Source: Macrostomum lignano (lineage: Eukaryota). Taken from it: a stretch of 64,000 bases of DNA. Under the pieces are notes generated by a model. The model saw nothing but the letters and a program-made list of their open reading frames with translations. It made no database searches and had not been told where the DNA came from. The position numbers and the translations under genes are program-made. Below, piece after piece: positions 12,639-25,224 of this stretch. How positions within the stretch are numbered: position 1 is the first letter of the stretch; every line of letters starts with the position of its first letter. The DNA lies in assembly GCA_002269645.1 (NCBI GenBank), contig NIVC01003432.1:1-64000 (forward strand). Reading direction: 5' to 3'.

Positions 12639-14004
12639 CATAAACTCGTAGATAAACTCGTAGATAAACTCGTAGATAAACTCTTGCATAAACTCGTAGA
12701 TAAACTCGTAGATAAACTCGTAGATAAACTCTTGCATAAACTCGTAGATAAACTCGTAGATAAACTCTTGCATAAACTTGTGGATAAACTCGTAGATAAA
12801 CTCTTGCATAAACTCGTAGATAAACTCTTGCATAAACTCTTGCATAAACTCGTAGATAAACTCTTGCATAAACTCGTAGATAAACTCGTAGATAAACTCG
12901 TAGATAAACTCTTGCATAAACTCGTAGATAAACTCTTGCATAAACTCGTAGATAAACTCGTAGATAAACTCGTAGATAAACTCGTAGATAAACTCGTAGA
13001 TAAACTCGTAGATAAACTCTTGCATAAACTCGTAGATAAACTCGTAGATAAACTCTTGCATAAACTTGTGGATAAACTCGTAAATAAACTCTTGCATAAA
13101 CTTGTGGATAAACTCGTAGATAAACTCTTGCATAAACTCGTAGATAAACTCGTAGATAAACTCTTGCATAAACTCGTAGATAAACTCTTGCATAAACTCG
13201 TAGATAAACTCGTAGATAAACTCGTAGATAAACTCGTAGATAAACTCGTAGATAAACTCTTGCATAAACTCGAAGATAAACTCGTAGATAAACTCTTGCA
13301 TAAACTTGTGGATAAACTCGTAAATAAACTCTTGCATAAACTTGTGGATAAACTCGTAGATAAACTCTTGCATAAACTCGTAGATAAACTCGTAGATAAA
13401 CTCGTAGATAAACTCGTAGATAAACTCGTAGATAAACTCGTAGATAAACTCGTAGATAAACTCGTAGATTAACTCTTGCATAAACTCGTAGATAAACTCT
13501 TAGATAAACTCGTAGATAACATCTTGCATAAACTCGTGGATAAACTCGTAGATAAACTCGTAGATAAACTCTTGCATAAACTCGTAGATAAACTCGTAGA
13601 TAAACTCGTAGATAAACTCGTAGATAAACTCGTAGATAAACTCGTAGATAAACTCGTAGATAAACTCTTGCATAAACTCGTAGATAAACTCGTAGATAAA
13701 CTCTTGCATAAACTCGTAGATAAACTCGTAGATAAACTCGTAGATAAACTCGTATCTAAACTCGTAGATAAACTCGTAGATAAACTCGTAGATAAACTCG
13801 TAGATAAACTCGTAGATAAACTCGTAGATAAACTCGTAGATAAACTCGTATCTAAACTCGTAGATAAACTCGTATCTAAACTCGTAGATAAACTCGTAGA
13901 TAAACTCGTAGATTAACTCGTAGATAAACTCGTAGATAAACTCGTAGATAAACTCGTATCTAAACTCGTAGATAAACTCGTAGATAAACTCGTGCATAAA
14001 CTCG
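12639..14004. repeat. 12-bp minisatellite (TAAACTCGTAGA)n with TAAACTCTTGCA variant
   Basis: Directly visible. Confidence 0.97.
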
Positions 14005-14210
14005 AAGGAATCGAACTCAGGGATCTGCCACCCCTGAATTTGAAACCCTTGCTAAAGTAGAATTTCCAATTGATGTCTCATATTTTTGTCACAACCCATG
14101 AACCCATCTGGATAAGGCTTCGTACCCAGTAATAATTACATTAATTACACACAACGAAAGCTCGGATTCATGAGGCCCTTAGACTCTAATCTCTAGTGGC
14201 TTTATCGGAG

Positions 14211-14234
14211 CACACACACACACACACACACACA
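14211..14234. repeat. (CA)12 microsatellite
   Basis: Directly visible. Confidence 0.95.
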
Positions 14235-14510
14235 GAGCTCAAGTCAGCCATAAAGACGAATGAAAAATAATGCAGGCTATATTTTATTGAGTTCCGATAC
14301 CGCGTCAACGCTCCCTTTAGCTAAACATCAACTCCGCCCCGCCTCAGGCAGAGTTAGCGTTGCTAATTCTTAGAAATGGGGGAACGCCTCGCGATAAACT
14401 CATTAGCAGGGGACTCTTTTGTGTACAACGTTTGCACAGTTCGAGTGACCATTGACTAGTGGCCCATGGCCACTTTGATAAACTATTTTGCATTTGTGCA
14501 TTTACTGTTG

Positions 14511-15395
14511 AATATCCCCTATTACTGTAGAATGTCCCCTATTACTGTAGAATGCCCTCTATTACTGTAGAAAATCCCCTATTACTGTAGAATATCCCCA
14601 GTTACTGTAGAATATCCCCTATTACTGTAGACTGTCCCCTATTACTGTAGAGTATCCCCTAATACTGTAGAATGTCCCATATTACTGTAGAATGTCCTTT
14701 ATTACTGTAGAATATCCCCTATTACTGTAGAATGCCCTCTATTACTGTAGAATGTCCCCTATTACTGTAGAGTATCCCCTAATACTGTAGAATGTCCCAC
14801 ATTACTGTAGAATATCCCCTATTACTGTAGAATATCCCCTATTACTTTAGAATGTCCCCTATTACTGTAGAATGCCCTCTATTACTGTAGAAAATCCCCT
14901 ATTACTGTAGAATATCCCCAATTACTGTAGAATATCCCCTATTACTGTAGAATGTCCCCTGTTACTGTAGAATATCCCCTAATATTGTAGAGTATCCCCT
15001 ATTACTGTAGAATTTTCCCTACTGTAGAATATCCCCTATTACTGTAGAGTATCCCCTAATACTGTAGAATGTCCCATATTACTGTAGAATGTCCCCTATT
15101 ACTGTAGAGTATCCCCTAATACTGTAGAATGTCCCATATTACTGTAGAATGTCCCCTATTACTGTAGAATATCCCCTATTACTGTAGAATGTCCCCTGTT
15201 ACTGTAGAATGCCCTCTATTACTGTAGAATATCCCCTATTACTGTAGAATATCCCCTATTACTGTAGAATGTCCCATATTACTGTAGAATATCCCCTATT
15301 ACTGTAGAATATCCCCTATTACTGTAGAATGTCTCCTATTACTGTAGAATATCCCCTATTACTGTAGAATGCCCCCCAGCAATTACTGTAGAAGA
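14511..15395. repeat. 20-bp minisatellite (ATTACTGTAGAATRTCCCCT)n
   Basis: Directly visible. Confidence 0.95.
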
Positions 15396-16164
15396 TCCTG
15401 CCTATTTTCCGTATTCATATATTTGCTGTAGGAATTCACATCGGCCCTGACTTTCTAATCGTCAAATCGTCGATTGGAACCAGGGATTGCATGGCACAAG
15501 AGTCGGGCTGCCCCTGGTGTAGAATTAGCCGCAATTGAGGTTGTATTTCTTCATCTTACTGTAAAATGTCCCTATACTGTTTCGAATAATTCCCTTTCAA
15601 GACCCCCAGAACCGACTCCCCTCTAGCAGCGAATTTTGTCTAATTAAGCCGGAAAGTTCCGGCAATTAATTTCCGCCGAAATTTTGCCAGTCGTTTTTTA
15701 CGACGGCTTGGATTTACAATCTGAGGTTTGCGCTGCCTCCTTCTCTCTCCCTCTCTCTCTCTCTCTATCTCAGTCTTGAGTAACGACTGCACAGCCAAAA
15801 TCAATCAGATTTTACTGCCTCACCTGAACTATTAATCAGAAGCTTTGCCGCCTTAGACGGGGCAAACAGTTTTCAATGCAATCTTTCCAGGAAATTGCCG
15901 CCACGCTTGGGCCCGAGTCAAAAACGGAGATTGGAAAGTTGGCTGGCTTGTGTAAAATATTGGTCGCCAGATTCGACACAATGGGAGGCGAGGTTCAGGC
16001 TGAGGGTGGGGACAGCTGCTCCCGTGGGGGAAGGTGGCTTCTGGGCTCAGCTTCTGACAGAATTTAGCTGCGAAAATTAAATGTATATTTTGAATTTTAA
16101 CGTCAGACAAAACTCGCATTGTATACTTCTCTCCTCCTCCCTCTCCTTTATCCACTCTCTGACT

Positions 16165-16850
16165 GACTCTCTCCATCTCCCTCTCCGTCTCCCTCTCCAT
16201 CTCCCTCTCTCCATCTCCCTCTCTCCCTCTTCCTCTCTCCATCTCCCTCTCTCCATCTCCATCTCACCATCTCCCTCTCTCCATCTCCATCTCACCATCT
16301 CCCTCTCTCCATCTCCATCTCACCATCTCCCTCTCTCCATCTCCATCTCACCATCTCCCTCTCTCCATCTCCATCTCACCATCTCCCTCTCTCCATCTCC
16401 ATCTCACCATCTCCCTCTCTCCATCTCCATCTCACCATCTCCCTCTCTCCATCTCCATCTCACCATCTCCCTCTCTCCATCTCCATCTCACCATCTCCCT
16501 CTCTCCATCTCCATCTCACCATCTCCCTCTCTCCATCTCCCTCTTCATCTCCGTTTCTTCATTCCTCTCTCTCCATCCTCCTCTATCCGTCTCCCTCTCT
16601 CCATCTCCCTCTCTCCATCTTCCTCTCTCCATCTCCCTCTCTCCATCTCCATCTCACCATCTCCCTCTATCCGCCTCCCTCTCTCCATCTCCCTCTCTCC
16701 ATCTCCCTCTCTCCATTTCTTTCTATCCGTCTCCCTCTCTCCATCTCCCTCTTCACCTCCCTTTCTTCATTCCTCTCTCTCTCCATCTCCCTCTCTGCCT
16801 CCCTCTCTCCATCTCCCTCTCTCTCGTCTCCATCTCCCTCCCTGCTCCTT
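16165..16850. repeat. CT-rich array with a 28-bp core unit (CCCTCTCTCCATCTCCATCTCACCATCT)
   Basis: Directly visible; degenerate at both ends. Confidence 0.9.
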
Positions 16851-17294
16851 CATCTCTCAATCTCAAGCAAGCCTCTTGCATTTCGCTTAGCTTCTAAAAA
16901 ACTGGCACAATCGTCGTCATGGCAACGAACTCTCAATTCAATCGACGCAAGGCACTTCACACGGGGCTAAGAAAATCTGCATCTTCTAAAAGCTTTACTT
17001 TGCTGTTGATCTAAGTTTGCGATCTACAACTTATTTGTCTGCTCTTCCTACGGAGCGGCTCTCTTGAAATTCTAGAAACCCGATCGGGCTAACTGTGACA
17101 ATATAGCTACTGTATATACTTTCCAAACTGGTTTTGGCTGCGTATATTTCATGCTTGCACTCTTAGCGATGGCTCTGTCTCTAGTAATGTGCTTGTATCC
17201 CAATTCACTATGTAATTATGCACTACCAGCTTAATCATGGCTTGTAGTACGAAGCATTTTGTGCAACATTGTAATCAATTTTACCTATTCTACT

Positions 17295-18390
17295 TGCCCT
17301 CTCCTTGTCCTTGTATTGTCCTTTTTTGTCCTCTTCTTGTCCCTCTACTTGTCCTCTCCTTATCCTCTCTTTGTCCTTTTGTTGTCTCCTCTCCTTGTCC
17401 TTTTCTTGTCCTCTCGCTGTCCACTCCTTGTCCTTTTCTTGTCCTCTCGCTGTCCACTCCTTGTCTTTTTCTTGTCCTCTCGCTGTCCACTCCTTGTCCT
17501 TTTCTTGTCCTCTCGCTGTCCACTCCTTGTCCTTTTCTCGTCCTCTCGCTGTCCACTCCTTGTCCTTTTCTCGTCCTCTCGCTGTCCACTCCTTGTCCTT
17601 TTCTTGTCCTCTCGCTCTCCACTCCTTGTCTTTTTCTTGTCCTCTCGCTGTCCACTCCTTGTCCTTTTCTCGTCCTCTCGCTGTCCACTCCTTGTCCTTT
17701 TCTCGTCCTCTCGCTGTCCACTCCTTGTCCTTTTCTTGTCCTCTCGCTGTCCACTCCTTGTCCTTTTCTTGTCCTCTCGCTGTCCACTCCTTGTCCTTTT
17801 CTTGTCCTCTCGCTGTCCACTCCTTGTCCTTTTCTTGTCCTCTCGCTGTCCACTCCTTGTCCTTTTCTTGTCCTCTCGCTGTCCACTCCTTGTCTTTTTC
17901 TTGTCCTCTCGCTGTCCACTCCTTGTCCTTTTCTCGTCCTCTCGCTGTCCACTCCTTGTCCTTTTCTTGTCCTCTCGCTGTCCACTCCTTGTCTTTTTCT
18001 TGTCCTCTCGCTGTCCACTCCTTGTCCTTTTCTTGTCCTCTCGCTGTCCACTCCTTGTCCTTTTCTTGTCCTCTCGCTGTCCACTCCTTGTCCTTTTCTT
18101 GTCCTCTCGCTGTCCACTCCTTGTCCTTTTCTTGTCCTCTCGCTGTCCACTCCTTGTCCTTTTCTTGTCCTCTCGCTGTCCACTCCTTGTCCTTTTCTTG
18201 TCCTCTCGCTGTCCACTCCTTGTCCTTTTCTTGTCCTCTCGCTGTCCACTCCTTGTCTTTTTCTTGTCCTCTCGCTGTCCACTCCTTGTCCTTTTCTTGT
18301 CCTCTCGCTGTCCACTCCTTGTCCTTTTCTTGTCCTCTCGCTGTCCACTCCTTGTCCTTTTCTTGTCCTCTCGCTGTCCACTCCTTGTCC
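17295..18390. repeat. 33-bp minisatellite (CCTTGTCCTTTTCTTGTCCTCTCGCTGTCCACT)n, about 30 copies
   Basis: Directly visible. Confidence 0.97.
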
Positions 18391-18590
18391 CTCCCCTTGT
18401 TATCTTCTTGTCCTCAATTTTTGTCCTCTCCTTGGCCCTCTCCCAGTCCCTCTCTCTTTTCCTTCCTCTCTCTCTCTCCCTCTATCCGTCTCTTCCCCTT
18501 TCCTTCTTACGTCAACTTGCACCAGATATTGGGAAAATCTGCTGAATAAGAATTTCAAGCATGTTCCCATATCCCACCACCGCAACCCAG

Positions 18591-18711
18591 GAGCACAGCG
18601 TCGGTGACCTGCAGTTCTCGATGTCCTATCTGCCGTCTGCCAAGCGTTTGAGCGTCTCCATCATGAAGGCCAGAAACTTGCGCGAGGCTCACAAGGACAG
18701 GCCGCTGGGAG
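18591..18711 (+). CDS. Synaptotagmin-like gene exon, N-terminal part of C2B (EHSVGDLQFSMSYLPSAKRLSVSIMKARNL...)
   Basis: GDLQFSMSYLPSAKRLSVSIMKARNL is a canonical C2B start. Acceptor caacccag| at 18590/18591 (phase 0) and donor GGAG|gtgagc at 18711/18712 (phase 1). Confidence 0.92.
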
Positions 18712-18859
18712 GTGAGCGTCCCGTGGTTACCGTGGCAACAGGAATTTGAGGACTATTGGAAAGTTCCATTGATTCTATAGATATTGGGGAGATGCTAGAT
18801 ATTTGGGAAAATTCCAAGAAAATAAAACCTACGCATTTTTCCCAACCCCATCATCCCAG

Positions 18860-19182
18860 ATTCCTCCGTCAGGGCCATCCTGACAACGCAGAGCGGTAAA
18901 AAGCAGAAGAGAAAAAAGACATCGAGTTGCAAGACACCGTCGAATCCGACCTGGGAGGAGGCTCTCGTTTTCAACGGCGTTGTCGAAGAGGATTTAAAAC
19001 GCGGCTCCTTGGAGTTGATTGTCTGTCACGATGGAGTTCTGAGCAGCACGGAGATCAGCCGAGTCTATCTGGGCCCCGACACTGGAGGCGACGAATATCA
19101 GCACTGGTGGAACATGGTGAAATCGAAGAGCGCCTCGGCTCGATGGCACAAGCTACATCCGATGAATCACTGTCATAAATAA
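18860..19182 (+). CDS. Synaptotagmin-like gene terminal exon, rest of C2B (...KKQKRKKTS..NPTWEEALVF..HWWNMVKSKSASARWHKLHPMNHCHK*)
   Basis: Acceptor catcccag| at 18859/18860 (phase 1). Polybasic KKQKRKKT, NPxWxE and the W-x-x-M...WHxL C2B signature are present. Stop TAA at 19180-19182. Not in the ORF track in this frame. Confidence 0.92.
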
Positions 19183-19183
19183 A
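19178..19183 (+). promoter_or_regulatory. AATAAA overlapping the stop codon; candidate poly(A) signal (another at 19471-19476)
   Basis: Hexamer seen directly. The region is AT-rich, so chance occurrence is possible. Confidence 0.3.
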
Positions 19184-20700
19184 CTATTTATAACAAATTT
19201 ATGAAATAATTTTACCGAGTTGAAAAAGTCCAACGAACTTTTACTTAAAAATAAGCGTATAAACTTCAAATCTTAAAATGACAACCAATTTAAATTACTA
19301 TGAATTAAATTATTAAATTACTATTATTTAAAGTATGTTTTACTTTAAAACATACGCATTTCAACTTCAAATCCGAAAAAAACTTAAAATGACACCAAAT
19401 TAAATTACTACGAGTATGTCACTGTCATGAATTATCTTATAACAAAATATTTAGAAAGACGAAGAAATTTAATAAAACTCTATTATTCTAAAAAGTGTAA
19501 TTTTCTGCAGAAAGAAAATGTTCATGCTATCGTCTCGAAATGCTACGTAAGAGAATTCAAGGCCTAATTTGGTTTAACAAACAGTGGCGACAATTAAAAA
19601 TATTATTTTTAATAAATTAATTAACAAAGTATGAGAAAAGTATGCGTGTCGATGCAAAATTATTTTTATTTTGTCAGTGTAGTTTTCTTGCTTATATTTA
19701 AAAAAGTGCACGTGTTTGTTCGAAAAGCTACTTCAGAGAAGATCAGTGGAGCTCAGTATGATTAAACAAAATAATGGTAGCAATTTAAACAACTAATTGT
19801 GCGTAAGACGGTAAAAATATTTAAGAAACCAGTTAAAAAATGTGTCAAAGTTTTTGTTTCATTCAATTAATTTGAAGATTTTTATTGAACAAATATCTCG
19901 AAAACCAAGTTGGCATGAATTTTAAATAAATATAATATTCACTCAGTCAAAAATTTGTCAATTTTCACAAGAAAATTATTAACCGCGAATTCCGTTAGAA
20001 ACCTGTTTATCGCAGCAAAATGCATTGGCAAGATGTTTTAAGTTTTCAGTTTTTTAACCCAAAAATCCCTTTTTTTATTCAATTCCCTCCCTGTTTTGTC
20101 TAAGGTGCACTCACAGAAACTAAGTTATCAAGCCATTATTTTCATGAAATGCTGGCCAAAACTGGCAAGCAAAGTCCTGGCGAAAGTTCAGCTTTTTCTT
20201 TGTCTCTTTACTTCGTAGTGTATTTTTTCCATACCAAAAATACTTTTCTGGAACAATTTGTCTATGGTAAAACCCCATTCAGCGCTATGCTTAAACACAG
20301 CAAATCTTTGCGAAATCTGTTTAAATCACACACAACCGTATTCTAAGCATAGCCGCTCTACGATTTTGTCTCGCTTTCAACAATGTATTTATCCAGCAAC
20401 AATTAAATAATATGAAGCACTTTAAATGCAGTGTACATTGTAGTCAATCCCCATTGTTTAACAGTATAAGTTTCAAAGTATTGAAATGTTATTTTGTAAT
20501 CGAGAACCACCGAGGCAACTCAGTCGAAATAATTCTTTTTCAGAGCAGTTTGTTGCGCCAGGTGACATGCTTGAGATGACAATAAAGTATAAAAATAAAT
20601 TTTAAAAAGGCGCTTAGAAGAAAATTTTCTTGATTTGTACTGACTTTGCCTTTTTAATTTGGATAGAAACATATGAAATACTTGATGAGAGGAAAGGCAC

Positions 20701-22430
20701 GTTCAATGATCAGAGAGGCAGATTCAAGGATCAGAGAGGCAGATTCAGTGATCAAAGTGGCGGAGCGGATTCAAGGATCAAACAGGCAGATTCAAGGATA
20801 CTGAGGTAGATTCAAGGATCAGAGAGGCAGATTCAAGGATCAGAGAGGCAGATTCAGTGATCAAAGTGGCGGAGCGGATTCAAGGATCAAACAGGCAGAT
20901 TCAAGGATACTGAGGTAGATTCAAGGATCAGAGAGGCAGATTCAAGGATCAGAGAGGCAGATTCAGTGATCAAAGTGGCGGAGCGGATTCAAGGATCAAA
21001 CAGGCAGATTCAAGGATACTGAGGTAGATTCAAGGATCAGAGAGGCAGATTCAAGGATCAGAGAGGCAGATTCAGTGATCAAAGTGGCGGAGCGGATTCA
21101 AGGATCAAACAGGCAGATTCAAGGATACTGAGGTAGATTCAAGGATCAGAGAGGCAGATTCAAGGATCAGAGAGGCAGATTCAAGGATCAGAGAGGCAGA
21201 TTCAAGGATCAGAGAGGCAGATTCAGAGATCAGAGAGGCAGATTCAAGGATCAGAGAGGCAGATTCAAGGATCAGAGAGGCAGATTCAAGGATCAGAGAG
21301 GCAGATTCAATGATCAGAGAGGCAGATTCAAGGATCAGAGAGGCAGATTCCAGGATCAGAGAGGCAGATTCAAGGATCAGAGAGGCAGATTCAAGGATAC
21401 TGAGGCAGATTCAAGGATCAGAGAGGCAGATTCAAGGATCAGAGAGGCAAATTCAAGGATACTGAGGTAGATTCAAGGATCAGAGATGCAGATTCAAGGA
21501 TCAGAGAGGCAGATTCAAGGATACTGAGGTAGATTCAAGGATACTGAGGTAGATTCAAGGATCAGAGATGCAGATTCAAGGATCAGAGAGGCAGATTCAT
21601 GATCAGAGAGGCAGATTCAAGGATCAGAGAGGCAGATTCAGAGATCAGAGAGGCAGATTCCAGGATCAGAGAGGCAGATTCAAGGATCAGAGAGGCAGAT
21701 TCAGTGATCAAAGTGGCGGAGCGGATTCAAGGATCAAACAGGCAGATTCAAGGATACTGAGGCAGATTCAAGGATACTGAGGTAGATTCAAGGATCAGAG
21801 AGGCAGATTCAAGGATCAGAGAGGCAGATTCAAGGATCAGAGAGGCAGATTCAAGGATCAGAGAGGCAGATTCAAGGATCAGAGAGGCAGATTCAGAGAT
21901 CAGAGAGGCAGATTCCAGGATCAGAGAGGCAGATTCAGAGATCAGAGAGGCAGATTCAGAGATCAGAGAGGCAGATTCAAGGATCAGAGAGGCAGATTCA
22001 AGGATCAGAGAGGCAGATTCAGAGATCAGAGAGGCAGATTCCAGGATCAGAGAGGCAGATTCAGAGATCAGAGAGGCAGATTCAAGGATCAGAGAGGCAG
22101 ATTCAAGGATCAGAATGGCAGATTCAAGGATCAGAGATGCAGATTCATGATCAGAGAGGCAGATTCAGTGATCAAAGTGGCGGAGCGGATTCAAGGATCA
22201 AACAGGCAGATTCAAGGATCAGAGAGGCAGATTCAGTGATCAAAGTGGCGGAGCGGATTCAAGGATCAAACAGGCAGATTCAAGGATCAGAGAGGCAGAT
22301 TCAAGGATCAGAGAGGCAGATTCAAGGATCAGAGAGGCAGATTCAAGGATCAGAGAGGCAGATTCAAGGATCAGAGAGGCAGATTCAGAGATCAGAGAGG
22401 CAGATTCAAAGATCAGAAAAGCAGATTCTA
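20701..22430 (+). repeat. 20/21-bp minisatellite family (GATTCAAGGATCAGAGAGGCA)n with a 109-bp higher-order repeat
   Basis: Directly visible. The marker GATTCAGTGATCAAAGTGGCGGAGCG occurs at 20742, 20851, 20960 and 21069. Confidence 0.95.
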
Positions 22431-23008
22431 TAAAAGACAGCTGAAAAAGCATTGTAGCTCGTAAAAAGCATTATTGCTTGTTGGCAATATTGCATCTGGT
22501 TCTTGCCTGCATCCAATCAACTGCACAATTGCTCATACATTCAGAATTCGGATAGCAAGGGTGTGGCCTGTTGAGTCTAATATTACCAATCCATTACTGT
22601 AGTCGTAGTGTCAAGGCAGTGTCTCTCTCTCATTCATCATTAATCCCCACCCGATTCAATTTTAATCCATCTGAAATGAAGATTGAATTTCCTGCAATGG
22701 GATAAAATGCAATGCAAAATTCTTTCTTTGATTGAGCAAATTTTCTATTGTTGCAAAACAAGAGGTTGACTATAAAATAAAACTGACAGAGCTATCTAGC
22801 TATAGTCTTGTGCAGAGTCAAAGGCAGTTTTAGGCAGTTAATGCTGTTTTTGTTTCAGTGCGTTGAATTTCTGCTATTCAATATCAATCTCGGAGTCTAA
22901 AACTGGAGCAACAATAAGCAGCTTAGATGGCTTTTGTTAGCAGATATAAATAAAACAAATGTTGCAGTTATTGTTGGATTGCAGAAATTCAGCGGCTAAA
23001 TCACCATT

Positions 23009-23430
23009 GATCAGAGAGGCAGATTCAAGGATACTGTGGCAGATTCAAGGATACTGTGGCAGATTCAAGGACACTGAGGCAGATTCAAGGACACTGAGGC
23101 AGATCCAAGGATCAGAGAGGCAGATTCAAGGACACTGAGGCAGATTCAAGGACACTGAGGCAGATTCAAGGACACTGAGGCAGGTTCAAGGATACTGAGG
23201 CAGATTCAAGGATACTGAGGCAGATTCAAGGATACTGAAGGCAGATTCAAGGATACTGAAGGCAGATTCAAGGATACTCAGGCAGATTCAAGGATACTGA
23301 GGCAGATTCAAGGATACTGAAGCAGATTCAAGGATACTGAAGCAGATTCAAGGACACTGAAGCAGATTCAAGGATACTGAAGCAGATTCAAGGACACTGA
23401 GGCAGATTCAAGGATACTGAGGCAGATTCG
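23009..23430 (+). repeat. Same family, (GATTCAAGGATACTGAGGCA)n
   Basis: Directly visible. Confidence 0.95.
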
Positions 23431-23919
23431 ATGATTAAAGAGTTAAGAGGTCGATTAATGCAAGATGTGATTCGTGTAAATGGGCCTTAAATTTAATTGT
23501 GATGAAACATCAGTTCAGCACTACTAAATACTATAAGTAGTAAGCAAAGAACATGAAGTATATTTTAATTCAGCAACACTGGCTGAGTTCCAAGCAATCT
23601 TGAAAAAACTTTCGATGGATGAGAATCACCGATATGTTGCTGTTTCTGAAGCATATAAGCGGAAAATTATAATGATAATTGTTTTATTTTAAATTCTATT
23701 TACAAAAATATCTGTATATTTTGCACACTCCAAAGACTCAGTAAAACAAACGTATTCACGTGTTAACAAGTTTCTGACAATAAAAAAACAGTAGCAAATT
23801 TAATTACTCGTAACAGATAACAGGAATGACGCAAAAAACCAACAATCACTATTCAGTATTCATATACTCATTTCTGAGGATGAGTTTACGTTATTCTTGC
23901 GCATGCGTCGTTATTTGGC

Positions 23920-24207
23920 GCTGTCCAATAAGAGACTAGTACTCAAGGTCGAGGAGTGAGGGGGGTTCGCCTCCTTCGACGCTGTCCAATTAGAAACTAG
24001 TATTCAAAGTCGAGGAGTGAGGGGGTTTCGCCCCCTTCCACGCTGTCCAATTAGAGACGATATATTCAAGGTCGAGGAGTGAGGGGGTTTCGCTTCCTTC
24101 CACGCTGTCCAATTAGAGACGATATATTCAAGGTCGAGGAGTGAGGGGGTTTCGCTTCCTTCCACGCTGTCCAATTAGAGACGATATATTCAAGGTCGAG
24201 GAGTGAG
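23920..24207. repeat. 61-62-bp tandem repeat, about 4.7 copies, each with GTCCAAT
   Basis: Unit starts at 23920, 23981, 24042, 24104 and 24166. Confidence 0.93.
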
Positions 24208-24627
24208 GTGGGTGCACATTGAGGGCAAAAGCTTATGGCGTCGACAAAAACGAATGCCTAACACTGACAGGGTCGAATTAAAGATTTTTTTGAATAATTA
24301 TTTAAATTGTTGGCTATGTACGTACATATGTATGGCAAGTTAACTAAAGCACTACACGCGGTTCCTATTTACGAGTATATTCGTTATATACCAATTCACA
24401 AATGTTTTTGTTCACAGAGACACGGATTAGCCACAAAGAATATAGTATAGAGATTGTGTGTACAAATGGTTTCAGAGACCAATGTAGCAAATGGGGAATG
24501 GCTTAAGCTATTGTTTGTGATAGATTATTTATATTTGTAGTCTATGACTCGCTTAATACAGCTGTACTCTCTCAATTGAAGCAGGTACAGAATGTCTTAA
24601 TTAGTAGTGTCTCAATTTAGTACCATG

Positions 24628-25070
24628 AAGTGTCTCAATCAGTACCCTAGATTGTGTCTCAATCAGTACCCTAGATTGTGTCTCAATCAGTACCCTAGAT
24701 TGTGTCTCAATCAGTACCCTAAATTGTGTCTCAATCAGTACCCTAAATTGTGTCTCAATCAGTACCCTAGATTGTGTCTCAATCAGTACCCTAGATTGTG
24801 TCTCAATCAGTACCCTAGATTGTGTCTCAATCAGTACCCTAGATTGTGTCTCAATCAGTACCCTAGATTGTGTCTCAATCAGTACCCTAGATTGTGTCTC
24901 AATCAGTACCCTAGATTGTGTCTCAATCAGTACCCTAGATTGTGTCTCGATCAGTACCCTAGATTGTGTCTCAATCAGTACCCTAGATTGTGTCTCAATC
25001 AGTACCCTAGATTGTGTCTCAATCAGTACCCTAAACTGTGTCTCAATCAGTACCCTAAACTGTGTCTAAA
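24628..25070. repeat. 24-bp minisatellite (TGTGTCTCAATCAGTACCCTAGAT)n
   Basis: Directly visible. Confidence 0.96.
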
Positions 25071-25224
25071 TACCCGAATTTTTGTCTAAATTTTTAGACA
25101 TTTTAAGATTAAGAAGTCAAGAAGGTGAAACAGTAAGTAATTAAGTTACACCACGATCAACAAGACCCGCTGGCCACAGGCCACTGTCAGAGGTCTCTGC
25201 CGAGTTTAATCTGCAGCCGAAGGC

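Noticed and set aside
14005-14060. Minus-strand B-box-like GTTCGATTCC suggesting a tRNA or tRNA-derived SINE
   Set aside because: Only a weak A-box and no cloverleaf, tail or TSD.
20701-24207. CRISPR-like appearance of repeats with interspersed variants
   Set aside because: Eukaryotic context, no unique spacers, no cas genes; these are tandem and higher-order repeats.
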